The notes under the pieces: generated by a model | The model's input: the letters and a program-made list of their open reading frames with translations, nothing else | Told to the model about the DNA's origin: nothing | Databases searched by the model: none | Part shown: positions 1-12,700 of the stretch, in pieces | How positions within the stretch are numbered: the first letter of the stretch is position 1 | Layout: each line of letters begins with the position of its first letter | Assembly (NCBI GenBank): GCA_964276515.1 | Contig: OZ193910.1 | Location: 1,054,001 to 1,118,000, forward strand | Length of the DNA: 64,000 bases | Direction of reading: 5' to 3' | Source: Gordius albopunctatus | Lineage: Eukaryota | Translations under genes and position numbers: made by a program

Positions 1-1549
1 AAAGAGATGAAGAAGCGCGTGAGTATATTAAAACCATTCGGTAAAGATGAGTGGGGTAATAAATCATTTGGTAAAGATGGGTGGAGTAATCGTACCTGGG
101 ATACCACGATAACAAAAGTGTATTTCAAGTGTGTGTTACTCTTATCCCAAAATCTATTTCTATAAATTGTTTGGCTAAGACATGAAGAAAAGCTACCGTC
201 AATTGTTATTTAAAAATAAATAAATTTTTGGTATTTTTTGATAGCAAGGCTTGAAACATATCTTACTATAGAAGGGATTCCCATTACTTTTAAATTAGTT
301 GAACCATATTTAATTCCACACTAGTTTTGTTGCATTTCCCTCTACCTAAGTTATCAATTAAAACGCACCGATCTTATACATTGACATTCACTGAATATTC
401 AATATTATATCAATATTAGCGCTTAACTTTACACATTTTATTTTTGCCTTAATAGTCTTACTTTTAACTTAACAAGTATTAGAATAATTTAAAAACTTTT
501 CTGTTAACTATTATCCAAAATATGTTCAAAAATCTAAAAAATATATCTAATTATTTTTATAAAACATTTATTGTAATATTTAAAAAGATTTTTACCCTCA
601 TAATTAATGTTCTTCATAGATATATTTTCGACTACAATAATTTTTTAACACCCTCGACAATTCCCGAAAATATATCTATGAAGAACATTTATTGTAATGT
701 TTAAACAAGACTATATAACCCATAATTTAATTTTTTATTCATCATCGAACCAAAATCTAGGGACACAAACTTAAAGTAATTTTAGTTTTTTAAGATAGCT
801 TGGTTTTAACACTTCCTCCATTGGACATTTCTTCTAGATCCCCCTTTACCTCCTATATCTAATTAAGTGTAAGTTAAACAAGGCTAACTCGGCTCGTATA
901 ATGTTTAAAATATTTTTTGAATCTAATATTTATGTGAATCTCTTATGAATTTTAAAATACAAAGTGTATACAAATGACCAAGACTAAATTCCAAATTACC
1001 ATATTCGATTTAGACGATGATTTTAAAGAGAGACAAGTATATTTCGAAGGTTGATTGTTAACATAAGTTTTCCCCCTTATATTGGTTTGTTTTATATGGG
1101 TAAAGCTTATTTTATTGTTGGGCTTCAATCCTTATTTATTAACTGCAACAAATTTAATGGAGTCCATCTGATATAATTAAACGTCTTTTGAGGTAAAAAT
1201 GCATCTAGTGTGAACCCTAATTCCTTCACTCAATTGCTGCCGGGTTTTATACTTTAATCTTTTAGCATCTTCTCACAATAATAATGACTTTGGCTATATA
1301 GATCCCAGATAAGTTTTTTAGAAGGTTTTATCCATTTAAAATAAAAAGGATATTTATGGACATAAATATATACCTAGAAGAAATAATTTTAAAATGCTCT
1401 TAATTATAATTGATATGCTGTCTAACCGGATAACTATTTTTTTAATGTGTATATATTGTTTATTTGACGTAAGAACATTATAAAAATGAAGTGTTAAAAT
1501 TGGAAAAATATAAGAGCGGGTATAAAACAAAATAAAAAATTATAAATCA

Positions 1550-1690
1550 AAGTGGCCGTCGGCCGGACCAAAAGTCCCAGAGCACGAAGCAATGGTAGGT
1601 TAAAAGATATTAGAGGGTAGGAGAGCCTGGTATTTTACCGTTTTTTGGTCTTTAGCGAGGGTCAGAGGGTTGTAGTTCTGGTTAGAAGGG
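1550..1690 (-). mobile_element. Degenerate 3' fragment of a CRE-like (RLE-endonuclease) non-LTR retrotransposon
   Basis: Minus-strand translation YNPLTLAKDQKTVKYQALLPSNIF*PTIASCSGTFGP resembles the K..KY..L...F.P....G.FGP tail of the CRE copy at 22059-22373. Confidence 0.45.
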
Positions 1691-1919
1691 GCGAAAATCT
1701 CTATTTTTATCTTCAGTTTCTCTACTGATTTTAACAAATGCTTATCCAATTCGCTGTGGCATATCCTTCTATTATAACTTCTAACTTAGCTTTCTTGCCA
1801 TAATCCTTTGGCCTGATAGCGCACCTTATGATGCATGCAGTTTTTTAGATTAGGGAACTTTAATGATTATATAGGCCAGATATAACATATTATGATGTAA
1901 AGTTTAATTATTATTATTT

Positions 1920-2115
1920 TGATGGTGGTATTGGCATATACTAAAAAGAGAGACGAATGATGTAAATCCCAAAAGTACTGGACATGGAGGTACCGGTAAG
2001 GAGAGGAAGAGCATAGTGGCACGTTGAAAGGGCCAGTCGACAAAGTTATAAAAACTAAGAAGTTGCATTTAGCCGATCAAGATGGAAGAAACTAATCAAT
2101 ACAAATCTCACCACT
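1920..2115 (+). mobile_element. Short 3' fragment of an RTE-clade LINE
   Basis: Decayed WWYWHILKRE...QKVLDMEVPVRRGR peptide, similar to the C-terminus of the RTE at 18736-19521. Confidence 0.45.
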
Positions 2116-5100
2116 ATGGTACCAAATACTTGATAAACAAGTGGTTTAATGAAACAGTCTTGATAGATTATGCATTTCGTTTTAATACACTTTACCTTTG
2201 ATTTGTAATATGTAACTCATATTAATAGTATGAAATTAAAAAATTAAAAATAGCTGCTGTATTTATAAATTATAATTATATCAATTTATTTATCTGATAC
2301 TGATGCGCAAATATAATAAATACGCTATACACACAAGTTTTAAATTATGTGTAAATTTGCTTAGATTTCAATAATATGAGGAGTATTAAATATATTTTAA
2401 GCTTTTATAGAACGAGCATAGATTTATTAAATAAGGAATATTACGAAATAATAAATTCTAGATATTATGCGATTGTTACATTTTTTCCTTAATATTTATA
2501 ATTTTTAACCAAAAATAAGAGTTAGAAAATAAATTGTAGGGATCATTAATTTTAAGTAACATTTAATTTTCAAGGTGTAAGGTTAAAAAAATATACATTA
2601 ACAATTCAAATTATACAGTCTTTTTCCATCGATTGATTTCACCATAAGACGTCCTTGACCGGCCTATTTCGCAAAAACTTTTTTTCCCTCGGGCAAAACA
2701 CTTTTTGGTCGAAATTATTTGTTTTCAATATTTTTTCGATAAAAATTGTCATTTCATACCAAAGCTCCGAGGAAAAATATGATAAATTTTGTTTTGTCAA
2801 AATTACTTATGTCATTAAGCTGTACAACACTGCTAAATTTATTGTTTTTGCTCCCCTCCCATTAGGAGACACCACAAATCAAGAACATATCGAGATGGCG
2901 GTAAAATGTCATCTAAAACAAAAAATCTTAACATTTTTTGCGAATTAATAAAAAATAATTAAAAGTAATAAAAATTTAATTTATTTTTAAAAAAAATAAT
3001 ATGAAAAACTCTGTATTTGATGGCAAAAATAGCTTTTCAAAAAATCTAAATGACACATAAGGCCCGAGGCAAATTTCGAATATATCCATTTGGCGTGATA
3101 TAACGTGTAAGGTAAATTTTTACAAGAAAACACTTTGTATTTTTCTTCATACCTCATGCTAAATTTGATGAGATTTTTATATTTTTTAACAATTATTTTA
3201 TTTAACTAATAGAATTTAACAAAATTTTATAATTTTTATTTTTTTTTGTTTTTTTAAGATGTATTAGTTAATAAACCACTCAGTAGATTACCTCATTTCA
3301 TTTTACAGCTATTTTTCGGTTTTATATCGCGTCGTGTTTACCTAGCTTGCGCCTGTTTATTTTCGCCAAAAAACCAAAACCCCTACCCCCCCCCCTGCTC
3401 TATGCATTACTTTAATATCATTTACATGATGGTAAAAAAGGAATTCATAAGCGATTATCTTTATTAAAGTAAATCCTAAATTTTATTTATAAAAAATGAA
3501 AAAATTGCATATGAAATTCTTTAAAGGATAGGATCGGGCCCCTTTACCCCATCATATTCTTGAACAAAGGTAAAAAATTTAATTTTTTAAAAATATTTTA
3601 ATGATTTATTGCTAATATACGTGTTTTTATTTTGAAATAACCTATCATTTCTTGATATCATTTAGTAAATTATAAATTTGAATTGATATAATTAATATAT
3701 TAGACCTTATTGAAAAATCATAACTTTAAACTTATATATCGATATATAGAATTTTACAAAAGTTTAAATTTATATTTTAACGTGTAATAAGCAAGCTAAT
3801 AAAATTAAAAGTAATGGTGATTTATTTTGGAAAAATTAAAAATCGCGAATTTTATATTTTATAATTTGATTGCATATTTAAGTTAAGAGTTAATCAAATA
3901 GTCATTTATCTTATAGTCAGTCATACAGTCGCCACGACAACACTTTGACAATTCCATCAAAGCCACAAGGTCATGGAATATCAATGTTAGTTAAATTTTT
4001 AAAATTTTATTTTATTTTTATTTATAATCGCGAAAGGAAGAGGGGGTAGACGCACCTTAACTTATAATAATTTAAAGTTATTGCTAATTATTTTTGAATG
4101 ATTTCAGCATATGTTACGAGAGGATAATGCCTTTTAATATCTAGTCTAGCCTCCTCTATCAAAACTTATAATTGCATTTTAATTTCATTTTAAGAAAATT
4201 TAAAGTTTCAAAGACCTTTTAATCTAACTTTTTACACCAGAAATAGTTATTTTTACAGATTTTAAATTTGTACTACAACTAAAGCAATACGTTCTTTTAA
4301 ATTTAATATTTGTCAAATTTATTTATAATCGCCTTTTTTCTCTCCAATTTATGTAATTTAATTTAACTTGATCTAAAAAGGTGTTTTTTACGAATTAAAC
4401 CGCTCAGCCAGTTCCTGATGCCATTAAATTAACTACAAGGACGTTGGAGAGCGTTGAAAAATTAAATAACAAAAATTAGACGGTTTATTTAGTCTTTTTT
4501 TGAAATAGTTTGCCTTTTTCGAGAGCTGATATAATTCCATGCTTTTTAATCGCGAGTTTTGTTAAATAATAGCTTAACATAACAATTTTTGATATCCTGT
4601 TTCCAGTTTTCCCTACTTAACTTAATTATAATTAAAATATTTTCAATATAATCTTCATTTATTATTTTTAAATAATACACATTTCCTGAATAAAGAATGA
4701 ATTATAAATATTTAGAAAACATTCCGATATTGGGAAAAATTTTTATCGTCAAATTTAAAGAATTTTGTTAATGATTGTCCAATTAATTTATTTTATCATA
4801 GGGCCCCTTTTAAAAAAATAACATGTTTTATCCTATAACTAGATGAACACTATTCTCGTCTTTTACGTTTCGTTAAACAAAATATGTGAATGGCTTATTT
4901 TTTGTTGGAACGCGTTAGTAAAGTAGTAATATTATATTCCAATATATATTATAACTTTTGCGTATTGATGCTGAAATGATAAATGTACAAAACAAAAAAA
5001 CTAAAAATTTCAAACTATCTCCCAAGAGTTTAGAACGTCCTCAGGGTAGACTCGAGCTATTTTTTGTTAATTTATTCACAAAATTTGTGTATTGATATCG

Positions 5101-5399
5101 AGAGGTCATACTTCTACGTAATACAAGTATTTTGGGAACTTTGTTCCTACTTGCCCCATAGTAGTTTTGAAGTTTTTAACATTTTATATCCTCTAATAAT
5201 ATTCTTGTGTGTACAAGATTTTTAGTAAATAAATAAAATAAAATATGAAAAAACCTAAATTTTTTGTTAAAGAGATAAAGTTAGTTTATTGATATATATT
5301 TGAACATAATATCAAAAACTACAATTATATAATATTAATAACTATATTTAAAAAAACATTATATGAGTAATATGTCTTCATCCCCCTCTGTTAGAGAAG

Positions 5400-5800
5400 A
5401 GGTCAGGAATCCAATAAAAATTGAAATTAAATTTTGCGGCCGAAATTGCTATTGATTGTTTCAATAAAAATGTATGTGGGGGTATTTAGAGGGAAGGGGA
5501 TCGCCTGTCTATTTCTTTGAATAAAGCCAACGCCACTTTTCCATAAGATCCTGAACAGGAGGAAACTATTGGGATAAAACTACTAGACTCCAAGCAAGAG
5601 GCTCTTGTATTATTGGAGCTTGCGTCCTTCGGCGAGGGCCAAGGGGTCTTAATTAAGATTAGAGGGGGCTAATAAGTCGATACAGTCTAAATTTACAATT
5701 AAATTAAAGGTTAGAGTCTACCCATATCTAGTCTCAGAGTTATTTTTTACGGGGGGAGAAATTACGGGCGATAATTTAAATATCTCGAGATAGATGATCC
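5400..5800 (-). mobile_element. Degenerate 3' fragment of a CRE-like non-LTR retrotransposon
   Basis: Minus-strand peptides CIDLLAPSNLN*DPLALAEGRKLQ*YKSL and FIPIVSSCSGSYGKVALALFKEIDRR match the RLE C-terminal pattern. Confidence 0.55.
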
Positions 5801-5934
5801 CTGAGTCGAATCAAATTAACAAAGCACTGAACTTATACCTAAGAGACAAAAGATAAGATCTACATTATACCAACAAATTAAATTTGTTGGTATAAAAACA
5901 ATATATATTTGATAGAATATTTCATTTATTCATA

Positions 5935-6075
5935 CATGGGCTTGGCCAGCATTGGAATTAGGGGAAGGTCAAAATGACCATTTTTTCAAATTTTGACCAT
6001 AATTTTAATTAATATTTACAAATTTTGGATCTAAAGAAGCAGCCGCCCCCTTCTGCCCCCCCCCCCGGCTACGGT
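5935..6075. mobile_element. hAT-type MITE (CATGGGCGTAGCC family), degenerate
   Basis: Starts CATGGGCTTGGCCAGCATTGGAATTAGGGG; homologous to 8998-9123 and 18573-18718. Confidence 0.6.
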
Positions 6076-6751
6076 ATCTATATGCCGTGTTACAATTTGC
6101 CAAACACAAAAACTTTGTGGCACTAAGAGAGGTAACTTGTCATTTATATGAAATCTCGATAACGTATTGGATAAGTCATACGTATGAGAAGAGAGCGCTA
6201 AAAGAAATATTTTTTATCTCAATGATCTAATAGGCTCAATTAAGTCTAAAAACTTAATCTAAAAGATGATCTCAAATCGTTGATAGAGGTTACTAAAAGG
6301 GTCAAACTATTATTTTGCATAAGAAGACGTTAGCCCCTTGGTTTCCACATAATTAAGTATATTGTATTTTTCATCTTTCTTATATCGTATCTCCATTAAA
6401 TATGGATATCTAGAATTAAAAGGCTTTTAGCTCCTATATGGTAAAATTCATGTTAATATTAATTGTTATGTTTTACAATGTGTAAAAAAGTGACTTTGCT
6501 TCTATTAGTGTACATATAAGCAAATGTTAAATTTGGCTTGACCTTCATAAGTTATTGGCTCAATAACACTAGATATAAGTCGAAGGTAGTAAGGGTGATA
6601 GGTTTAACACTTATGTCTTAATGGAATTAGAAAGATGCAGAAGTATACATTTATATTTATACATAACTATAAAATAAAACATTGGCTTTATTGTAACTAA
6701 ATTTATTTCAACATTCATTATACAGCTCGTGATTACTAAACCTGGACCAAT

Positions 6752-9700
6752 ATGTCATCCTTGCTCAAAAAATGGATATTTCCGATTGCTGTAGAATTTG
6801 ACAATGACAAGTCTGTATGCGATAGTCTAATTTGCGATGACCCCAAGTCGCCATCTTCGCTTGATTACGACGATTGTTCGGAATCATTGGGTAGTAAAGA
6901 AGACTCGCCCAAACTCAACAACAATCATATTCCTAACGGTGATTCTAAACCGTGTGAGGGAACAGAAACTTTAGCAAACAATTTAACTGTGGATGAGGAC
7001 CCCGAGTACTGGATAACTGCTCTCCGGAATTGTAACGCTGATTCTTACAAGTTATTGACTTCGTTAAAACACAAAATTTCCACCAGTCGAAGAGCGTGGA
7101 TCAAAGAATTTTTGGAGCTAAATGGCTTTCAAACGATTCTCGAAACTTTGGATACTTTGATAGAAGGTGTTTCTCAACACCCTTTGGATAGTGACGATAC
7201 ATTGGAATTACAGCTGGAATGTGCCAAATGCTTGAGGACACTGGTAGACACTGGTCAAGGCTTAAGGTTTCTAGCCCATGACACTACCGGCAACTTAGCA
7301 ATTCTTATGGCCAAAGGTACTCTATTATCAAAGCTATAAGTGTGTACTTACTAAATTAACTTTAGACTCTAAAAATTATTAGATACCTCTATTATGTTGA
7401 ATTGTAAAAAAATGTTATTTAAACTCATTTAAGCGCTGCAGACTACTAGTTGCGATGTTAAAACCTTAATTTTGGAACTGTTAACGGCCCTTTGCCTCTT
7501 CAACGAACAAGGACACAAATCGGTCTTGCTCGTTTTGCAACATTACAGGGTAAACACTCTTTACACTTATTTATATGGAATCTTATAATAACCTCTAAAA
7601 CTGTTTGAGTCGTAACTAGCAATAAGAATTTGCTTTTGTCGATTAAAACATGGGTCATTGTATATATAAATTGATACCTAAATATAATTTGCACAACAAT
7701 TAGGAAATCGTTAGTCGTTCTAGGTCAATATTCACTTCCATTATGAAAGATTTAAAAGATGAAAGTACGACGGTAGTCTACAAACACACTCTACTCTGTT
7801 TTATCAATGGATTGATCATGGGATTAGCCGACATGAAAACGAGGAATAAAATGCGCAACGAGCTTATCGGTTAAAGGCAAATTTTATCATTTATCAATTT
7901 TTATTCAATTGAATGAACTCATGGTGCATATATATTGTTAAAGAGTGTACTCTTGATTTGGACTAATGGATAGTTAATGGAAATTTACTTTATGTCGCGA
8001 CTCCTCACATCTAAAAATAAGATATTTTGGCATGTATATTTTTGGTTATATGTGGTATTCCCTAAACTTGTATACACAGAGTTTAGTCATTGCCTGCTCA
8101 ATGCTTTAGATCTGACAAAAATTTGTTACAATGTTGCCACTTCAGCCCAACTGACAAACTTAATATACATCAAAAACGTAATTTTTTGCCGTTCATCAAT
8201 TGATTATTTACGTATATACGTTCGTTTAATCAAACTTTGAAACAAATGATATATTAAAAAATTTGTTAATGCAAGTACTATTATAAAAATATCTTAAATG
8301 TATAATTAAAGGGCTTGGGATCACGCACATCTTGTACGAGCTCAAATTGCAGGGTTCAGAAGAGATTCAATATCAATGCGAAGTTTTTGAAGAAAGTCGT
8401 CTCAAAGACAAAGACAATCTTTACGGTTTCGATATTAACGACCATCACGAGCTATTTCACACCATATATCACAAAGTATTTATTGCTGTTAAAGTTATCA
8501 ATTGAACTATTAAACTTTTTAATAATAATGGACATTTATGACAATTCATAACCTTACATAGCTCAAAATGTTTTTTACTAGGTGTATGACACACCAAATT
8601 CTGCTTCCTTTTTGGCCATCCTTCAAACGCTATGGCAAATTGACGATGGGAAATCTTCGTAAGAGTGTAAAATGCGTCGATAAAAACTGTTAAGTCTTTT
8701 ATCTATTTTAAGATGTAGACTAGTAACAGTGAGCTTTATATGAGATTAGAAAATTACATATACTATTTGTTCATTAGATGATACTCGTGATTTTAATAAA
8801 TAAACATATATTTAACCTAATGCCTAATTTTATTTAATATAAAATGGGTTGTCGGACGAATAATTTTTAATATAGGCCTTAGTTAAAAGAAGCTAGTCGC
8901 TAAAATCAACAGGAGGCATTAATGCGTGAGTTAAGATTAATTGTTATTTAAGTTTATTACTTAAACTTATTATTTATCGGCTGGTTAACACTATTTATAG
9001 CCAGCATTGGAATTAGAGGGGGGCAATGATGATTTCTAGCCATAATTTTAATATAATTTAAACAAATCTTTGGATTTAGAGGGGGGGTGACCGCCCCCCC
9101 CCTGCCCCTTGGCTAAGCCCATGTTTAGTCAAAGATTATCACAAACCAGACATGCTTTACCTTTCTTTTTGTATAAATAACCTTTCTTTCAAAGAGATCA
9201 AGTGTGGGATATCCTGGAGACGCTGACTCGCAAAATCGTCTTGATGAATAACCCGGGGAAAGCTAAATTTTTTGTCGACAATGTTATACCCTATCTACCA
9301 TTGACTCAAGATGGCAGACCCGGGAGTCGGGACATTGCAGTTCAAACTGAGAATCGATTTCCCCCATCATCTTCCATCCACTACCACCGCTCGTTTAAAT
9401 TTGGTGGAGTGCCTCCTAAAAAATACCAACCTCAACTAAATGTAACAAAACGCCGTTCGTCTCATCACAGAAGCTGGAGACATTTGAACGAGGGCATGAA
9501 TGCTTCATGTCAAGAAGAAGAACTCAACGATACTGCCATCTCCAAAGAAATCTATTCAGACCTAACTTCCCACGATTTATCAAGTATAACAATTATATTC
9601 GCCAAAAAAATCACGATGTAAAAAAACAGGGTTTTTCTTTACTTTTGCACTTCTTGACTCTCTCCCGCACACTAGTGGGAGAGGGAAATGGGTGATCAAT

Positions 9701-12700
9701 CATAGCTTTTAAAAGAGAACCCTCTTTCCCTCTCCATACTTCGCACGCAACCTAATCCTTTCCTTACCTAGTAAGTGCGCCACATTTGCATTTGACCCCC
9801 TACTTTTTTTATACTATGGTGGTTTTTGTCATAAATTTGTTGTTTTTTTGCGTAATTTTTTAATATTTCAAAATTTCAGAATTGTATAGAGGAATTTTTA
9901 TTAATTTTTTTAAAAATTTTTTCGAAGTTAAAGATTACAATTTTACTAGATTATTTAGTAAAAAATCTTTAAAATGGTTCATTCTAATTTTTTACCTGTA
10001 TATGTTAATTGTCAAGAATTTTGTAATTATAAACTCTAAATAATAATTTAAGCAATTATTATTAAATTTTGGCTGAGTTTTTTTATTTTTTTGAATTATC
10101 AAAAAAATTAGCAATAAAAACGACAAGATAAAATTACAAAAATATATAAAATGCTACGTCAAATGCAAAAGTGGTGAAAACACATACAAAATAAGGGAAG
10201 GAGTAGGATGCACGCGAAGTATGGAGAGGGAAAGAGCGTTCTCTTTCAAAAGATATGATTGATCACCCTTTTTTTCTCCCGCTATCAAAGAGTGAAGAAG
10301 TGCAAAATTAAAGAAAACCCCTGTATGCTGATATATTCGTAGATTGGCAGGAATTGTAATCAACATAAGAACCAACCTCGTTAATAAAGCATACTTATTT
10401 CTAGAGATGCACCGATACCCCTATTTTTTGCCGATACCGATACCATGCCGATACTTATGATAAAAATATTTTTTATACTAAAAAATATATGCAAATTAAA
10501 TATTATAAATTAAGTCACATCCAAATTTTGGTAGATCAGAATTTTGACGATAAAACAATTGTAATATAATATTAATTTATAATGATTAATTCAAAAGTAT
10601 TGTGATTAATAGATTAAGAAAAAAATTTAAATTTTATTATGGTAGACTTTATATTTTATTAATACATAAATTTATTTTATAAAAAAGTAAATATACGTGT
10701 AATATGCTTATATTAAAAACTAATATTGAAAATTTAGTTCTCTTATGTTCAACTTAACGATTGTTAGTTGCTTAATATATAATAATTTTTAAAATAAAGC
10801 AATATTTACTTAAAAGCGCAGTTATTCGGAACAGATGGTCAATGAGTTTATTATACTGCACATAGAAATATTTATAGACAATCAAATGAAACAATTTTCA
10901 ACAAATTTAAAAAGTCCTCTATTTTTTAATGGTAGGAGATACTATAAATATTATTTTTTGAGTTTCATATTGAAAAAGGTATCGGCTTGGTAATTGCCGA
11001 TACTTTTGGCAAGGTATCGGCGCCGATACCTTGCCGACACTTGGTATCGGTGCATCTCTACTTATTCCAAAGCAGCTAAGCGGAAATCTATCTAATTAGT
11101 ACCTATGATTTAATTTATAGTAAGTTACGATTACATAACTCCACCCGATACGCCTGCCAACTCAAAAAACGACCAGAGCACCAACACCAAATATATTAAA
11201 GTTGCTCCAAACTCCACCAAATCATCTAAGAAGCGTAACGTTAGCCGACATCGATACGGTACTAAGTCTCCTTTTAATCGTTCCCTTTCTACCGATTCCT
11301 TACTCGGTCAACAACATCGTGACGATTCATTCACCGAGCGACTAGTGAATGTGACCGCATCAGATGAAGCTTCAGAGAGAGCGCAAACACCAATTCCCAT
11401 CCCTCCTCCACTCCCCAGGCCTCCTTGTACCTCGTCTCAATCTCCCCTTTCGAATAACATACCTGCTAGTGGTAGTTCCAAGCTCAATACACCCTATAGG
11501 ACTCCTAATTTAACACCATTGAGTAATGGACCAGTCGAAGGAGTTGGTCCTCTACATCACAGTAACTCCTTTAAGTGCCCTCCACCCCTTCCCTTACCTC
11601 CTTGGAACGATGAAAAACAAAGTACACAAGGCGTCAACCATCATTCTGGGCGACAAATGAAAAAACCCAATCGCCTATACCACGAAAAAGTCCTATACCC
11701 TTTATCGCCTTTAGAAACTGCCGACACCGTTGAAATCATGCCACAAGCCTTGTGCGTACCGCGTCCTAAACATCGAATGAAAACCTTAAATTGGACTAAA
11801 TTGCCAGTTTCCGTAGTTCAGAGTATGTCTGATTTTAAACAATAAAACTTTTCCACTATTTAACTAAATAATATGTCTATTTGATAAGGTAAAGATTCCA
11901 TATGGAGCCGAGTACTGACAAATCAAAGTTACTTAAAAATCAATTACGACGAAATCGAAGAACTATTTTCGATAAGTAGCAGAGAAAGTCCGTTAAAAAA
12001 GAGGAATTCAAATAGCAAAGATTCTTCGGAGGTTAGATTTAATTTAATGATGTCAAAGTATTTAGATTGTCACTTTATATAATTTGGTTTAGTAAGAGGT
12101 CATTTTAAAATACAATAAATGTATACGGATAGTTTAAGAACTTTAACCCGTATAAAGTAGGCCATCACTACCTATTTTCATACTTGTGGTTAAGAGATCT
12201 TTAATGACAACAACTCAATAGGTAAACAAATGGTTTTAATGGCTAGTGATGTTGTAAAAACGGCTGGGGGTTTTGTTTTGTCGACCTTTGGTTTTAGTCG
12301 ACTAAACATAAACAGCTGACCAAAGATTTTTTGGTCTCTTTTTCAGGGTCGACCGTTAGTCTTAGTTAAACAAAAGGTCGTCTACCAAACAAAACTTAGC
12401 CGTTTGTAGGACATTTGTGGCTAGGGAAATGGTGAAACGCCACCCAACATTAAAATTTATATTATTCTTCGCTAATAAATGTGTTTTACTTTCAAAATTT
12501 TCCGGCGCCTTGTGACCTCTCTTCTGGGCAGACTATGACCGCTATGCTATTATTTGTCATTACTACTGGTAACGGGGGTTGAGGCTGACGTCCCACTATG
12601 TAGTAACAAATTAACATTACTAATTGTAGAAAGGGCTGGGGTTTGTTGGCTAACCCCAATTGACTAATCGCATAAGCAGCAGACCGTTAGTTTTTTGACC

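Noticed and set aside
2610..4815. Possible TTAA-flanked (Kolobok-like) transposon ends near 3530, 4040-4060 and 4800, and ORF 2655-2948
   Set aside because: I could not pair the TIRs or find TSDs; probably decayed DNA transposons, but the boundaries are unsupported.
8146..8177. Extra formin micro-exon (AQLTNLIYIKN)
   Set aside because: Exon 8312-8475 already supplies the homologous helix, and the phases would not join.
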